Origin: Nitrosopumilaceae archaeon
Lineage (GTDB): Archaea > Thermoproteota > Nitrososphaeria > Nitrososphaerales > Nitrosopumilaceae
Direction: 5' to 3'
Assembly (NCBI GenBank): GCA_965203465.1
Contig: CBDBCR010000001.1
Span: 962,306 to 1,026,305, forward strand
Length of the DNA stretch: 64,000 bases
The translations under genes were made by a program, and so were the position numbers. Positions 30,041 through 39,904 of the stretch are shown here, piece by piece. Below the pieces are notes generated by a model, which searched no databases, was not told the origin of the DNA, and saw nothing but the letters and a program-made list of their open reading frames with translations. Numbering within the stretch: position 1 is the stretch's first letter; each line of letters opens with the position of its first letter.

Positions 30041-32691
30041 GCCCGCTCCGCCAGGGCCCTGGCAGCGGCGGCCGCCGCGGCCGGCGAGCCCTTCTGCCCG
30101 CCGCCGCGCGCGTGGAGCCGGTCGCCGCCGCCGGATCCGCCAAGCGCCGCCGCGGCCTCCCTCGCTATCAGATCGGCCGCCAGCGGGGACTCTTTTCCGG
30201 CGTACGCCACGACGCGCACCCCGCCACCCGATTCGAATATCCCGCAGTAGGCGAGGCGCGGCTCCGACGATATCTTTTTGCCCAGCGCCTCGTGCGTCCT
30301 TTCGGCGTGCCCCGCCACTATGCAGAGGCGCCCGCCGCCGGCCCTGACAACCTCGACGCCGTCCCCGCACGGGCCCTGCTCGCACGCCAGTATCTGCTCG
30401 AGCATCAGCGGCACCTCGCGGCGCGCCTCGTCCCTTTCGGAGCTGCGCTGCCGCTCGAGCTCGGCCCTCGCGCCCTCTCGCTCTTCCTGCGCGGCGCGCC
30501 TGCGCTCCAAGTCCTCGTCCCACTTTCGCGCGCCCCTGCCCGAGACGAACTCTATGCGCACCACGCCGTCCTGCACGCGCTTGGTGTGCGTTATCCTGAT
30601 GGCCCCTATCTCGGACGTGTTCGAGACGTGCGTGCCGCCGCACGCCTCGGTGTCGTATCTTCCGACAGAGACGGTCCTGACCGTGCTGACCGGCACCACG
30701 CCGCCCTGGTATATGCGGAAGCCGTGCCTCTTTTCGGCCTCGCCCCTGCTCGTCTCGAGCACGGTCACCGGGACGGCCTCTTTGACTATGCGGTTGGCCT
30801 CCTCCTCTATGGCGCGCACCTCGCCGGCGCTCGGGTGCGAGTGGTGCGTCACGTCGAGCCTGGCGTGATCGGCCTCCTTGAAGGCCGAGTGCTGCCAGAT
30901 CCAGGATCCGAGCACGCTGCGGCACGCCGCGTTGACTATGTGGGTGCTCGTGTGGTTCCTCGTCACGTCGGCCCTGCGCTCGGAGTCTATGCGGCACTCC
31001 ACCGCGGAGCCGGCCTCGGGGCAGCCGCCCTCGGTCCTGTGCAGTATCACGCCGCCCTCCTTTACGACGTCCGAGACGGCAAAGCCGCCGAGCGTGCCGC
31101 GATCCGGCTCCTGCCCGCCGCCGCGCGGGTAGAACGAGGTGCGGTCGAGGGCGGCCCAGCCTCCCGAGGCCCAGAGCACGCGGGCGCCGAAAGCGTGCGG
31201 GTCTTCGCCGTAGTACAGCGGCTCGGTGTCTGGCACGCCCTCGAGGCCGGCCGGCGCGGGGCCCTCTTTGCGCCTCTTTGAGGACTGGTGGATCTCTTCG
31301 AGCCGCTCGTAAAACTCGGCGGGCGCCTCGTCTATGACTCCTTCCCTTTTGAGGTAGTGCGGGGTCACGCCCTCGGATTCGTACATTGTGACCATCTCCT
31401 GGACGGTCGGGGCCCTGCCCCTCGAGCGCGCGCGCGAGACCACCTTCGCCATCCTCTCGCGCGACCTGTCGTACCTCTCCGATTCGACGCGCAGTATCTT
31501 CTTGACGTCCGAGCGCGCCCCGTCCAGCTCGGGGTACGTGCCGGCAAGATAGTCCACGTGCGCGTCCACCATCCAGTCCATGCCGCGCAGGCCCAGCCTG
31601 TCCATGGACACGATGGCGCGCCGCAGTATTATCCGCAGGTTGTACCCGCCGCCCACGTTGCTGGGCAGCGCCCCGTCGGCAATGGCAAAGACCAGCGTGC
31701 GCAGGTGGTCTGCCACCACGTATGCGTCCTCCACGGGCGAGACCGACGAGCGCTCTATGCCGGAGGCCAGCGCGGCGGCAGCCGACTTTTCGGCCACGGT
31801 GCCGGGCCCCCCGAGGTTCCTGGCCAGGTGCGCGTAGTAGTCGCCGAGGCCCCGGGGCGCGCCGCCGGCCTCGCGGACGAGCTGCCCGGCGACGGGGCCG
31901 AACGAGCAGTCGTAGGCGGTCGGCGTGCCCGAGGTCATCCACGCGAACCTCTCGAGCCCCGCGCCCATGTCGATCACGCGCTGCTCGAGCGGCCTGTGGC
32001 TTCCGAGCTTGCCGGAAAACTCGGTGAAAACGGCGTTGCCCATCTCGAGGCCGCGCACGTGGTATTCCAGCGAGGGCCCGAACGACCCGCCGCCGGCCCA
32101 CACGTCCTCGACGAACGTGATCTCCGAGCCGGGTATGCCCAGCTGCTCCACCAGGAGCCGGTAGTCCAGCTCCACGCACCTGTCCTTGCCGTACCCGCCC
32201 TTTTCCAGGCTGTGCTGGCCCACCATGCAAAAGCTCGAAAAGTGCCTGCCGGTCACGCCCACGTTGCCGAGGTCGCTGAACCGCAGGCACGTCTGGGGCA
32301 CCACCAGGGGGTTTGCGGGGAACTCGAACGCGACGCTCGACCCCGAGACCCTCTGAAAGTCCACGATGGACGCTATGGTAAAGTACAGGTCGTCGCGCCA
32401 CCTGCACACGACGGGGTACCTGCCGACGGCCTCGTGCCCGTTGTCGACGAAGAACGACCTGACCTTCTGCCAGGCCCGCACGTAGTCGAGCTTTTCGGCG
32501 CACGGGGGGCTGCCTATGAACGAGAACGCGTCGGGCCCGTCGTCGGGGCAGAAAGCGCGCTCGGCCGACGACCAGAAGAACCTGCCGCACTTTTGGCAGG
32601 CGCGCCTCTCAAAGCCGCGCTCCTCAAAGAGGCCCACCCTGTAGTAGCGGTCGGGATCGGCGGAGAACTCCCTCTGTATCTCCTGCTTCAC
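30037..32691 (-). CDS. alaS: Alanine-tRNA ligase
   Basis: RWRDDLYFTIASI, TGRH, IDMGAGLER, NHTSTH, EACGGTH, DHHA1 tail. Confidence 0.95.
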   Translation of the reverse strand: MKQEIQREFSADPDRYYRVGLFEERGFERRACQKCGRFFWSSAERAFCPDDGPDAFSFIGSPPCAEKLDYVRAWQKVRSFFVDNGHEAVGRYPVVCRWRDDLYFTIASIVDFQRVSGSSVAFEFPANPLVVPQTCLRFSDLGNVGVTGRHFSSFCMVGQHSLEKGGYGKDRCVELDYRLLVEQLGIPGSEITFVEDVWAGGGSFGPSLEYHVRGLEMGNAVFTEFSGKLGSHRPLEQRVIDMGAGLERFAWMTSGTPTAYDCSFGPVAGQLVREAGGAPRGLGDYYAHLARNLGGPGTVAEKSAAAALASGIERSSVSPVEDAYVVADHLRTLVFAIADGALPSNVGGGYNLRIILRRAIVSMDRLGLRGMDWMVDAHVDYLAGTYPELDGARSDVKKILRVESERYDRSRERMAKVVSRARSRGRAPTVQEMVTMYESEGVTPHYLKREGVIDEAPAEFYERLEEIHQSSKRRKEGPAPAGLEGVPDTEPLYYGEDPHAFGARVLWASGGWAALDRTSFYPRGGGQEPDRGTLGGFAVSDVVKEGGVILHRTEGGCPEAGSAVECRIDSERRADVTRNHTSTHIVNAACRSVLGSWIWQHSAFKEADHARLDVTHHSHPSAGEVRAIEEEANRIVKEAVPVTVLETSRGEAEKRHGFRIYQGGVVPVSTVRTVSVGRYDTEACGGTHVSNTSEIGAIRITHTKRVQDGVVRIEFVSGRGARKWDEDLERRRAAQEEREGARAELERQRSSERDEARREVPLMLEQILACEQGPCGDGVEVVRAGGGRLCIVAGHAERTHEALGKKISSEPRLAYCGIFESGGGVRVVAYAGKESPLAADLIAREAAAALGGSGGGDRLHARGGGQKGSPAAAAAAARALAERA

Positions 32692-32766
32692 GCGCCGGCG
32701 GCCCGGACACCCGTATTAAATCGCTAGCGGCCACCAATTAAATACGCAGGGCGCGGGGGGCCGCCC

Positions 32767-33279
32767 GTGTTCGGAAGGAAGGAGCCCTCGCTAAAAGAGG
32801 GCGCCTACGTCTTTGCCACGCGCCCCGACGGCGAGTTCCGCACCGTGATATTCGGCATCGTCTCGGGGGTCGAGGGCAGCAGGGTGGGGGTGACCGGGAC
32901 GTCGGTCAACCCGGTGGGCCTGCGCAACAAGGTGGAGCAGGGCAAGGCCGGCCCGCGCTCCGAGGAGATACTGCGCAACCCGACCCCGGACAACTGCGTC
33001 TTTGCCCTCATCTACAGGATAGAGCACGACGACTTTGCCGGCGAGTTCGACCTGGAATCGGAGCGGCTGCTGGTGATACCGCCGCGCGTCCACGCCGTCC
33101 TGGACGGGTGGGTGCGCGAATCGATACCGGACGTGCTCAACGGGGTGCTGTCGCTGCCGTCCGGCGAGGAGCGCGACAAGGCCAAGCGGGTGCTGCGCCA
33201 GAGGATGGACACGCTCTCGGACAAGAACCTGCGGCGCACGCTGTACTCGGTGGCGCGCAGCCTCAAAGTACTCAATTGA
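32767..33279 (+). CDS. Hypothetical protein
   Basis: 170-aa ORF with host-like codon usage and TTAAAT about 27 nt upstream. Confidence 0.75.
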   Translation: MFGRKEPSLKEGAYVFATRPDGEFRTVIFGIVSGVEGSRVGVTGTSVNPVGLRNKVEQGKAGPRSEEILRNPTPDNCVFALIYRIEHDDFAGEFDLESERLLVIPPRVHAVLDGWVRESIPDVLNGVLSLPSGEERDKAKRVLRQRMDTLSDKNLRRTLYSVARSLKVLN

Positions 33280-33312
33280 TATTTATTGCATCGGGGGCCG
33301 GGCCGGCGCGCC

Positions 33313-33759
33313 TTGCGCGGATTCGACGACACCGACATGCGGATTCTGGAAGAGCTGCGCCGCGACAGCTCCGAGGCCATACCTTCGGTCTCGGCCAGGC
33401 TGGGCATAAAGGCCTCGTCGGCGTACGGGCGCATACGGCGCATGCGCGAGCGGGGCCTGATAACGGGGTATACGGTGCGCGTGGACCGCCGGCTGCTCGG
33501 CGCGGCCGTGCGCGCGCAGGTGGGCATCAACCGGGATCACGGCTTCAAGGACAAGATACGCGCCCGGCTCGCCGAGATGCCCCAAGTCGAGTCGGTCTCG
33601 GAGGTGACCGGCAGGTTCGACATGCTAGTCGGGGTGCGCGCGGGCGACCTTGCCGGCCTCCACTCGCTCGTAGTCGACGGGCTCGGGCGCATAGAGGGCG
33701 TGCACAACACCGAGACGTTCATCGAGCTGGAAAAGTCAGACCGGATCCGCGAACTTTGA
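33313..33759 (+). CDS. Lrp/AsnC family transcriptional regulator
   Basis: DDTDMRILEELRRD HTH, GLITGY, VTGRFD. TTG 33313 with TTTAT about 28 nt upstream. Confidence 0.88.
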   Translation: MRGFDDTDMRILEELRRDSSEAIPSVSARLGIKASSAYGRIRRMRERGLITGYTVRVDRRLLGAAVRAQVGINRDHGFKDKIRARLAEMPQVESVSEVTGRFDMLVGVRAGDLAGLHSLVVDGLGRIEGVHNTETFIELEKSDRIREL

Positions 33760-34227
33760 ATCCCACGCGCCGGCCTCTATCTCGGCGGTGACCTCTTTTG
33801 GGGTCTTGCCCTCTATCTTGAGGCCCAGCGGCAGGCACGTGCCCGCCACGGACTTTGCGACCTTTTTGAGCGACGTGGCGTACGAGGATTCCATCTTTGC
33901 GCCGGCCACCTTGGCCACAGCGTCCATGGTGACCTCGCCGGCCCACTCGGTGCCGGCAGCGCCGGTCCCCTTTTGGACGCCGGCCTCCTTCATCAGCAGG
34001 GCCGCGGTCGAGGGCACTCCTATCTCGATCTCGTACTTTTTGGTGTCCGGATCCACCGAGACGGTGACGGGCACCTTCATGCCCTCGAAGTCCTTGGTCT
34101 TTTCGTTTATGGCAGCTATCACCTCCATGATGTTGACGCCGAGCGGGCCCATGGCCGGGCCGAGGGGCGGGCCCGCCGAGGCGCCGCCGCCGGTGACCAG
34201 CGCCGATATCTTCTGGGGCTCTCCCAT
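33736..34227 (-). CDS. rpl11: 50S ribosomal protein L11 (uL11)
   Basis: GGASAGPPLGPAMGPLGVN, GMKVPV, VPSTAALL. Confidence 0.96.
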   Translation of the reverse strand: MGEPQKISALVTGGGASAGPPLGPAMGPLGVNIMEVIAAINEKTKDFEGMKVPVTVSVDPDTKKYEIEIGVPSTAALLMKEAGVQKGTGAAGTEWAGEVTMDAVAKVAGAKMESSYATSLKKVAKSVAGTCLPLGLKIEGKTPKEVTAEIEAGAWDSKFADPV

Positions 34228-34272
34228 GGCGCGCCGCCGCCGGCGCTGGGGATTTATGCCTTTGCCGGCTTC

Positions 34273-35780
34273 CAGTTAACCCAAAAGTTCCGCCGACGGG
34301 CGGATAATTCCCGATCGCGAATCGGGCAAAACTGGGCAAAACGGCGGCGACGTCAGAAAGACCGGCTCGTCCGGTCCCGTTCCGGGCGCGGCCCGAGCCG
34401 GCCGGCGCCCTGGCCGCCGCCCGGACGGGGGCGCAGGCGCGGGCGGGGCCGCCGCAGCGCGCAGCGTCCCCGCCCGTCCCGGGCCGCCTTGCCGGATCTC
34501 TGGATCAGTCGGGCGGCCCGGGCCCGGACTGCAGAAAGAACGGCATCGCCATCAGCGCAGAGCGCAGCGGGATCGCCGGCTCCGGGCCCTGCACTGCGCA
34601 GGCCAGGCGGTGGAGCGCGTCTATGACGATCCACACGTTGAACAACATCACCGTCAGCGCCATGTACAGCACCCTCGGGCCGTGGCGGCCGCTGCGCGTC
34701 TTTGCCCTGACGTCTTCTATCTGCCTGTACCCCGTCTCTATCCCCCACCGCTTGGCGTACTCGGCCACGTCCAGCTCGGGATCGTTGGTCGCGAACGCGA
34801 TGTACTCTTCCCACGGCTCGTACTCCTCGCCCTCTTTTTTCTCGCGCCTGGCCCTGCGCGGCACGATGATCATGTCGTACTCGCACTCGTCCTTGGCGGT
34901 GCGCGTTATGGTCGCCTTTGACTTCTCCCCATGGGAGCCCGCGGCGAACTCCGAGAGGGCGTCCTTTACGTGTGGGGTGTTGGGGCACGGCATGATCCAC
35001 TTGAAGCCGGCCTTTTGCAGGCACGAAATGACGGCCGTGGAGTAGAACCCGCGGTCGAGCGTCAGCACGCCTATCCGGAGGCCGTGCCCGGAGCATATCT
35101 CGAGCAGCTTGGAGACCGCCTCCGCGTGCGTCTGGTTCGGCACGTACGGGATCACGCCCACGACGAGCCTCTGGCCGGCCACGACGCAGTGGATCGTAGC
35201 GTACGTCTCGTAGAACGCCTTTGTCATGCTCTTCTTGTCGCCGCCCCGTATCAGCTCCTCCCCGGGCTTTTTGTCGTACCTCTTGATGCAGTGGAAGTCG
35301 ATGGCCATGTCTATCCTGCCCTTCAGCAGGCCGTGCTTTCGGAGCTCGGCTGCCAGTTCTTTGACGAACCGGTTGAGCAGTTCGACTGCCTCCTGCGCCG
35401 AGACTCCGGCCGTGCGCAGCCGCAGCCACTCGCCGGACGGCGCGTCCGACTGCCGCTTCGCGATCAGCGCGGCGTGCCTGCGGGCCTCGGCCACCGAGGC
35501 GACGTTCTTGCCGCCGATCGCGGCACGCACGACGCAGCGGGCAAGGTCTCGGGGGCCGTACCTGGCGTTGGGCGCGGCCGAGAACCCGAGGCAGTCCACG
35601 GCCCAGGTGAACCCCTCCATCATCCGTTCATATGTGGGACGGTCGTCCCTCCGAGCTCGTCCCGGGCGGTTCCTTTCCATTTCCGTTGAGGCGTCGTCCA
35701 GGACGGCCGTTTTTGGATCTTTCGGTGGGCCCTGCCGGCGATCGCTTTTCGGGCCTTGGCGGGTACTTTTGGGTTAACTG
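34273..35780 (-). mobile_element. Complete ISH3-like insertion sequence (1508 bp)
   Basis: Perfect 16-bp TIRs CAGTTAACCCAAAAGT at both ends, 5-bp target duplication GCTTC (34268-34272 and 35781-35785), single transposase ORF. Confidence 0.93.
34505..35680 (-). CDS. DDE transposase (ISH3 / IS4-like)
   Basis: AIDFH, LDRGFYS, YAKRWGIETGYR (YREK-like) motifs. Confidence 0.92.
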   Translation of the reverse strand: MERNRPGRARRDDRPTYERMMEGFTWAVDCLGFSAAPNARYGPRDLARCVVRAAIGGKNVASVAEARRHAALIAKRQSDAPSGEWLRLRTAGVSAQEAVELLNRFVKELAAELRKHGLLKGRIDMAIDFHCIKRYDKKPGEELIRGGDKKSMTKAFYETYATIHCVVAGQRLVVGVIPYVPNQTHAEAVSKLLEICSGHGLRIGVLTLDRGFYSTAVISCLQKAGFKWIMPCPNTPHVKDALSEFAAGSHGEKSKATITRTAKDECEYDMIIVPRRARREKKEGEEYEPWEEYIAFATNDPELDVAEYAKRWGIETGYRQIEDVRAKTRSGRHGPRVLYMALTVMLFNVWIVIDALHRLACAVQGPEPAIPLRSALMAMPFFLQSGPGPPD

Positions 35781-36222
35781 GCTTCCGGCGCCAGAACAGC
35801 AGGCGCCGCCGGCCGGGCGCGTAGCGCGCCGCCACTTCGCAAAAGTCGCTGTAGGCGCGCGGGTCAAATTCGGAGGACTTTACGTATTCGAACTCGCACC
35901 GCCTCCCGCCTGCCGACTCGATCTGTTCGAGGCACCGCTTTATGCCGTCGGCGGCTAGCCCGCCGCTCTCGTATTCGTGGACCGCGACTACCCGGAGCGG
36001 CTTGCAGCAGTACGCGCGCGCCACGATCTTGACGGCCTTTTCCGGAAGGGTGATGGGCGGCTCGCGCGCCTTTATTTTTTTGACGATTTTGCGGGTGCGC
36101 TCGTCGTCGAGAGACTTGAACATCGCGTCGCCGTCGTGCTCGGCCCATTTTCTGAACGGCGTCTCGATGATCCAAAAGAACTTGCCTACGGGGTCGGCCG
36201 GGCACTCGTCGTCCACGCGCAA
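35620..36222 (-). CDS. Hypothetical protein whose 3' end is interrupted by the IS
   Basis: ORF reads across the IS boundary at 35780. The reconstructed empty site ends ...WRRKPAKA-TAA. Confidence 0.6.
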   Translation of the reverse strand: MRVDDECPADPVGKFFWIIETPFRKWAEHDGDAMFKSLDDERTRKIVKKIKAREPPITLPEKAVKIVARAYCCKPLRVVAVHEYESGGLAADGIKRCLEQIESAGGRRCEFEYVKSSEFDPRAYSDFCEVAARYAPGRRRLLFWRRKPVNPKVPAKARKAIAGRAHRKIQKRPSWTTPQRKWKGTARDELGGTTVPHMNG

Positions 36223-36255
36223 AACCCGGGGGGGCGGGCAATATCAAAATTGCGG

Positions 36256-36732
36256 CTAGGCCGAGATCTTTAGGTAGTTTGCATCGACTGTCACGGGAAG
36301 CTGGTACGAGGCGTCGAGCAGCACCACGGTGGCCTCTTCCTTTTCGTGGTCTATGCGGGTTATGGTGGCCCGCATGCCCTTGAACGGCCCGCCGGTTATC
36401 TCGACTACGTGGTCCACCGCGAGCTGGGTGACGGTGGACTTTTTGACCAGGTACCCCTCGATGTCCTTGAACTCCAGCTCGCCCCTCAGCTGGCCCTTGA
36501 TGTGCCTGACGCCGTCGACGGCCATGTAGGCTGCGCTCGGATCCTCTGCCTCCATGACGACGTACCCCTTTAGGTCGTCTACCAGCAGCACCGCGCGCGT
36601 CTTGCTGGTCGCAGAGCCGGGCTCTGGCTTTTTGTTGAGCAGCTTTGCCTCGAGCATCTTCATGACCATCTTTTCCTGGCCCCCCGTCGTCCTTATGGCG
36701 AACAGGTGGGTGGGTTCTTCGGACATTGTCAT
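36256..36732 (-). CDS. spt5: Transcription elongation factor Spt5 / NusG
   Basis: AIRTTGGQE, LKGYV, KOW motif VEITGGPFKG. Confidence 0.95.
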   Translation of the reverse strand: MTMSEEPTHLFAIRTTGGQEKMVMKMLEAKLLNKKPEPGSATSKTRAVLLVDDLKGYVVMEAEDPSAAYMAVDGVRHIKGQLRGELEFKDIEGYLVKKSTVTQLAVDHVVEITGGPFKGMRATITRIDHEKEEATVVLLDASYQLPVTVDANYLKISA

Positions 36733-36902
36733 CCCTGGTACGTAAAGACGCCGAACACGAACTGGATTATAAACCCGACCGTGCCCACGGCCCCTATCCC
36801 CAAGAGCACCAGCCTGAGGTGCTGCATATAGTCCTCCTTGTCGGACTTGCGGGCCATCTTCATGGTGTTGGCCATGTTCTTCAAGGTCTGCCTCGGGTTC
36901 AT
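36729..36902 (-). CDS. secE: Protein translocase subunit SecE / Sec61-gamma
   Basis: MARKSDKEDY followed by one TM (LLGIGAVGTVGFII), upstream of spt5. ATG 36902. Confidence 0.88.
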   Translation of the reverse strand: MNPRQTLKNMANTMKMARKSDKEDYMQHLRLVLLGIGAVGTVGFIIQFVFGVFTYQG

Positions 36903-36945
36903 CTGCGCCAAGAACCTATATTGCGTCCTTATATCTCTTGCCCGG

Positions 36946-37698
36946 TTGGACTTGCTCGTGGCGCACCGCGGCGACCCCGCCGGGTTGCGCATGGCCAGGC
37001 GCGCCTCGCGGAGCGCCGAATGCGGGAGGCTCTTCGAGGTGAAGCTGGTAGAGACGCCGGCCGTCTCGGCCGACTGGCTCGACGAGCCGTTCTCGTCCTA
37101 CGTCTTTCTGTCTCGCCACGCGGCCGAATCGGGCAGGCTGGCCCTGACCTGCCACAGCACGGGCAACTTTGGCGAGGCGCGGGCCGGGGGGCGGGACAGG
37201 GAGGTGGCCCTGCCGTACCCGGCGTTCCAGAGGCAGTACATGCGCAACCTGCACGCGCGCAGCGGCGACTTTCCGGGCTTCGACATCACGATAGAGGCCA
37301 CGCACCACGGGCCCACGGCGCTGTCGAGGCCGTCGGTGTTCGTCGAGGTCGGCACCGGGCCGGAGCAGTGGAACGACGACCGGCTCTGCTCGGCGGTAGC
37401 CGACGTCGTGGTGCAGACCGTCAAGGACCGCGTGCCCGACACAGAGTACGGGATCTGCTTCGGCGGCACCCACTACCCGGCCTCGTTCACGCGCGAACTG
37501 ATCTCGGGCGGGCGGGCCCTCGGCACGGTGGTGCCGCGCCGCGCCCTGCCGCTCGTAGACGGGCCGATGATGGATCACATAGTGCATAAAAATAGGGGGG
37601 CCTCGTGCGCCATGCTGGATTGGTCCGGAATGGGATCCGAAAAGCGGCGGATATCGGAGATGCTCCGAGAGCGGGGTATAGAGACGGTTCGCCTCTGA
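36946..37698 (+). CDS. dtdA: D-aminoacyl-tRNA deacylase (archaeal DTD2)
   Basis: FLSRH, LTCHSTGN, EATHHGP, FVEVG, GGTHY. Confidence 0.9.
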   Translation: MDLLVAHRGDPAGLRMARRASRSAECGRLFEVKLVETPAVSADWLDEPFSSYVFLSRHAAESGRLALTCHSTGNFGEARAGGRDREVALPYPAFQRQYMRNLHARSGDFPGFDITIEATHHGPTALSRPSVFVEVGTGPEQWNDDRLCSAVADVVVQTVKDRVPDTEYGICFGGTHYPASFTRELISGGRALGTVVPRRALPLVDGPMMDHIVHKNRGASCAMLDWSGMGSEKRRISEMLRERGIETVRL

Positions 37699-37706
37699 GG
37701 CGCGCC

Positions 37707-37985
37707 GTGTACAGGCTGCTCATGTCGGTGCCGCCCGGCCGGGTCACCACGTACGCCGACCTTGCGCGCGCCGCTGGCGCGCCCGGCGCCCAGCGGGCCG
37801 TCGGGACCATGATGCGCGACAACCCGTACCCGGGGCTGGTGCCGTGCCACCGCGTGATCCGATCGGACGGCCGGGTCGGGGGGTACGCGTACGGCCCCGG
37901 CTCAAAGGAGGCGATGCTCTCCGGCGAGGGCGTGGAAATAAGGGACGGGCGCGTCCGGCTAGAGGATCTGCGCCACCGGTTCTAG
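37707..37985 (+). CDS. ogt: MGMT family methylated-DNA-protein-cysteine methyltransferase (start uncertain)
   Basis: VPPGRVTTYADLA, RAVG, NP..LVPCHRV active site. Confidence 0.88.
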   Translation: MYRLLMSVPPGRVTTYADLARAAGAPGAQRAVGTMMRDNPYPGLVPCHRVIRSDGRVGGYAYGPGSKEAMLSGEGVEIRDGRVRLEDLRHRF

Positions 37986-38434
37986 GCGCGCGCCTCGACG
38001 GTCTCGCGCATGAGGGATCTGAGGTGAGCCTTGTTGCGCACTGTGTTGCCGCCTATCCTCTTGTACAGCGCCCAGAATTCGGGGTTGGTTATCTCCTTGC
38101 GGTCCTTTGCTATGCGGAGTATGTACCTGAGGGCCCTGACCTTGGCCACGTAGACCTCCTTTTTGCCCACGCGCGCGCCCTTGCGCCCCTGCTTGGATCC
38201 CTGCTTGGTGCCGCGCTTCCTCTTTTGGTCCTTTTTGTGCTGCGCCCTGCCGCGCGACGTCCCCTTTACGGGGGCGAAGCTGATGCGCCCCGCCGTGATC
38301 AGGCCCCTGATGTCCTGCCGCGTGATGGCGTCGGCGATGTCCTCCAGGTGCTCGGGATCGAAGCGGACGCGGTGCACGCCGACGCCGGTCACCCTCGAGA
38401 CGAGCCTCTTTTTGGAGCGCAGGTTGACTACCAT
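37982..38434 (-). CDS. rpl19e: 50S ribosomal protein L19e
   Basis: GVGVHRVRFDP, AITRQDIRGLI, GSKQGRKGAR. Confidence 0.94.
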   Translation of the reverse strand: MVVNLRSKKRLVSRVTGVGVHRVRFDPEHLEDIADAITRQDIRGLITAGRISFAPVKGTSRGRAQHKKDQKRKRGTKQGSKQGRKGARVGKKEVYVAKVRALRYILRIAKDRKEITNPEFWALYKRIGGNTVRNKAHLRSLMRETVEARA

Positions 38435-38820
38435 CACCCGTACACCCTGGCGTTGAATATCTTGAACTTTAGCTCGGCCGCCGCGGCGGCTATCTCCCTG
38501 CGCTTCCTAGAGCCCACGCCGTGGCCCAGCCGCACCCCGTCGGTCTTGGGATCCAGGCCGTCGAGGTCGGAGAGGCTGAAGACCAGGTTGTCGGTGTAGC
38601 CGGAGGGGTGCAGGCCGCGCGAGGCCCTCGGGCCGCCGTACCCCACCTTGACGATGCCGGGCCTGCCGCGGCTCTTTTGCTTGCGCTGGTGGTTGTCCTT
38701 GCCCTTTGGCTTTCTCCACGCTTCCTTTAGGCGGTCGTACCTCCAGCTCTCCTGCCTCCTGAACTCTGGCCGCGAGTCGGACACCCTCTTGCGGGCCTCG
38801 AGCAGTTCCCGGTTTATCAC
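38434..38820 (-). CDS. rpl32e: 50S ribosomal protein L32e
   Basis: FRRQESWRYDRL..WRKPKGKD, VKVGYG, GLHPSG. GTG 38820. Confidence 0.93.
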   Translation of the reverse strand: MINRELLEARKRVSDSRPEFRRQESWRYDRLKEAWRKPKGKDNHQRKQKSRGRPGIVKVGYGGPRASRGLHPSGYTDNLVFSLSDLDGLDPKTDGVRLGHGVGSRKRREIAAAAAELKFKIFNARVYG

Positions 38821-38958
38821 GGGCTTGGGCCCAGATTTTGGAATAAATACGTTGGTCTGGGTGCTGCCGGATCGGCCCGCCCGAAGGCCGCCCGCCCGGG
38901 GCCAGATCTGATGCCTTTTTATCACATTTACCACAAGTAAAGGCGGTGACGACGAGCT

Positions 38959-39342
38959 ATGGCCGACCTTGACATCATTTACGGGCCCGGCGCCGAATCC
39001 TCCCCAGACGCCAGGCGGGTGGCTGACGTGCTTGCCCGTGACTGTGAACGGCTGCGCGCAGATCTTGCAAAATTCAGCTCCAACGCCGACTGGGTAGTAG
39101 ACAACCGCGAGTCGCTGAGGCGCGACTATGGCGGCAAGCACATAGCCGTCCGGGACGAAAAGATCTGCGCCAGCCACGAGAACCTTTCGAGATTGCTGGA
39201 AAAAGTCAGGGAAAAATACGGCGACACGAGCGACGTATTCATAGACCGCATCGAAAAGCAAAAGACCGGCATGCTTATGCGGTGCGGTTGCGACGAACGG
39301 ATCGACCGTTTTCGGGAACGCGAAAACGCAGATTCTGTATGA
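38959..39342 (+). CDS. DUF5678-like small protein
   Basis: WVVDNRESLRRDYGGKHIAV pattern. ATGA overlap with the downstream protease gene. Confidence 0.6.
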   Translation: MADLDIIYGPGAESSPDARRVADVLARDCERLRADLAKFSSNADWVVDNRESLRRDYGGKHIAVRDEKICASHENLSRLLEKVREKYGDTSDVFIDRIEKQKTGMLMRCGCDERIDRFRERENADSV

Positions 39343-39767
39343 CCATAACGGTGAAAATAGACGGCGGGCAGGTCTGGCTGGACGGCTATATTTCACACCC
39401 GTTGCTACGCGGCGGCGGTTTCACAAAGATGAGGTTCTTGGTAGATACGGGAGCTACCGCTACGACGTTATTGCAGGGTGCAGCCGAATAACTCAAAGTC
39501 GACTTCGAGTCGCTGAAGAGGTATCATGGACTGGCTGGAATCGGCGGCCCGCAAGAGGCATACGTGATGCAGAACACGTCGTTCGTGCTGTTTGATCGCG
39601 GATTCGATCCAGTCTTCTTAAACACAGACATGTACGTCTTGAAGCCGGATCCAAAGGTGGCACTTCCCCCGTCTTTTGCGCTGCTTGGCACTGACCTCCT
39701 ACAGCGTTTTCGCTTCAAATACGACTTGCCGTACGCCACGCTGGATCTGAAGCGCATCGAAGACTAG
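39339..39767 (+). pseudogene. Retropepsin-like (clan AA) aspartyl protease with internal stop
   Basis: FLVDTGATAT and LLGTDLL motifs in one frame, separated by TAA at 39489-39491. Confidence 0.8.
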
Positions 39768-39904
39768 CGCCGCCGGCATCCGCCTGGAACCGGCGACGTT
39801 TCGGGCTCGCGCGGGGTTCGTCCGGGATGGCCTCGAGCCGGCAGCGCGCCAAACGAGCCCGCGGCGAACAGCGGCGACGTTTCCGGCCGCCGACGAACCG
39901 GCGC

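Noticed and set aside
27206-32590. 1794-aa ORF suggesting a giant LeuRS fusion
   Set aside because: The N-terminal 850 aa is an Arg/Gly-rich shadow frame over alaS. LeuRS starts at ATG 30040.
36228-36234. G7 run (also about 58526-58532) as further phase-variable tracts
   Set aside because: Too short, and expected by chance at this GC content.
39791-39883. 12-bp direct repeat CGGCGACGTTTC in an intergenic region
   Set aside because: Only two copies in GC-rich DNA between convergent genes, with no supporting context.
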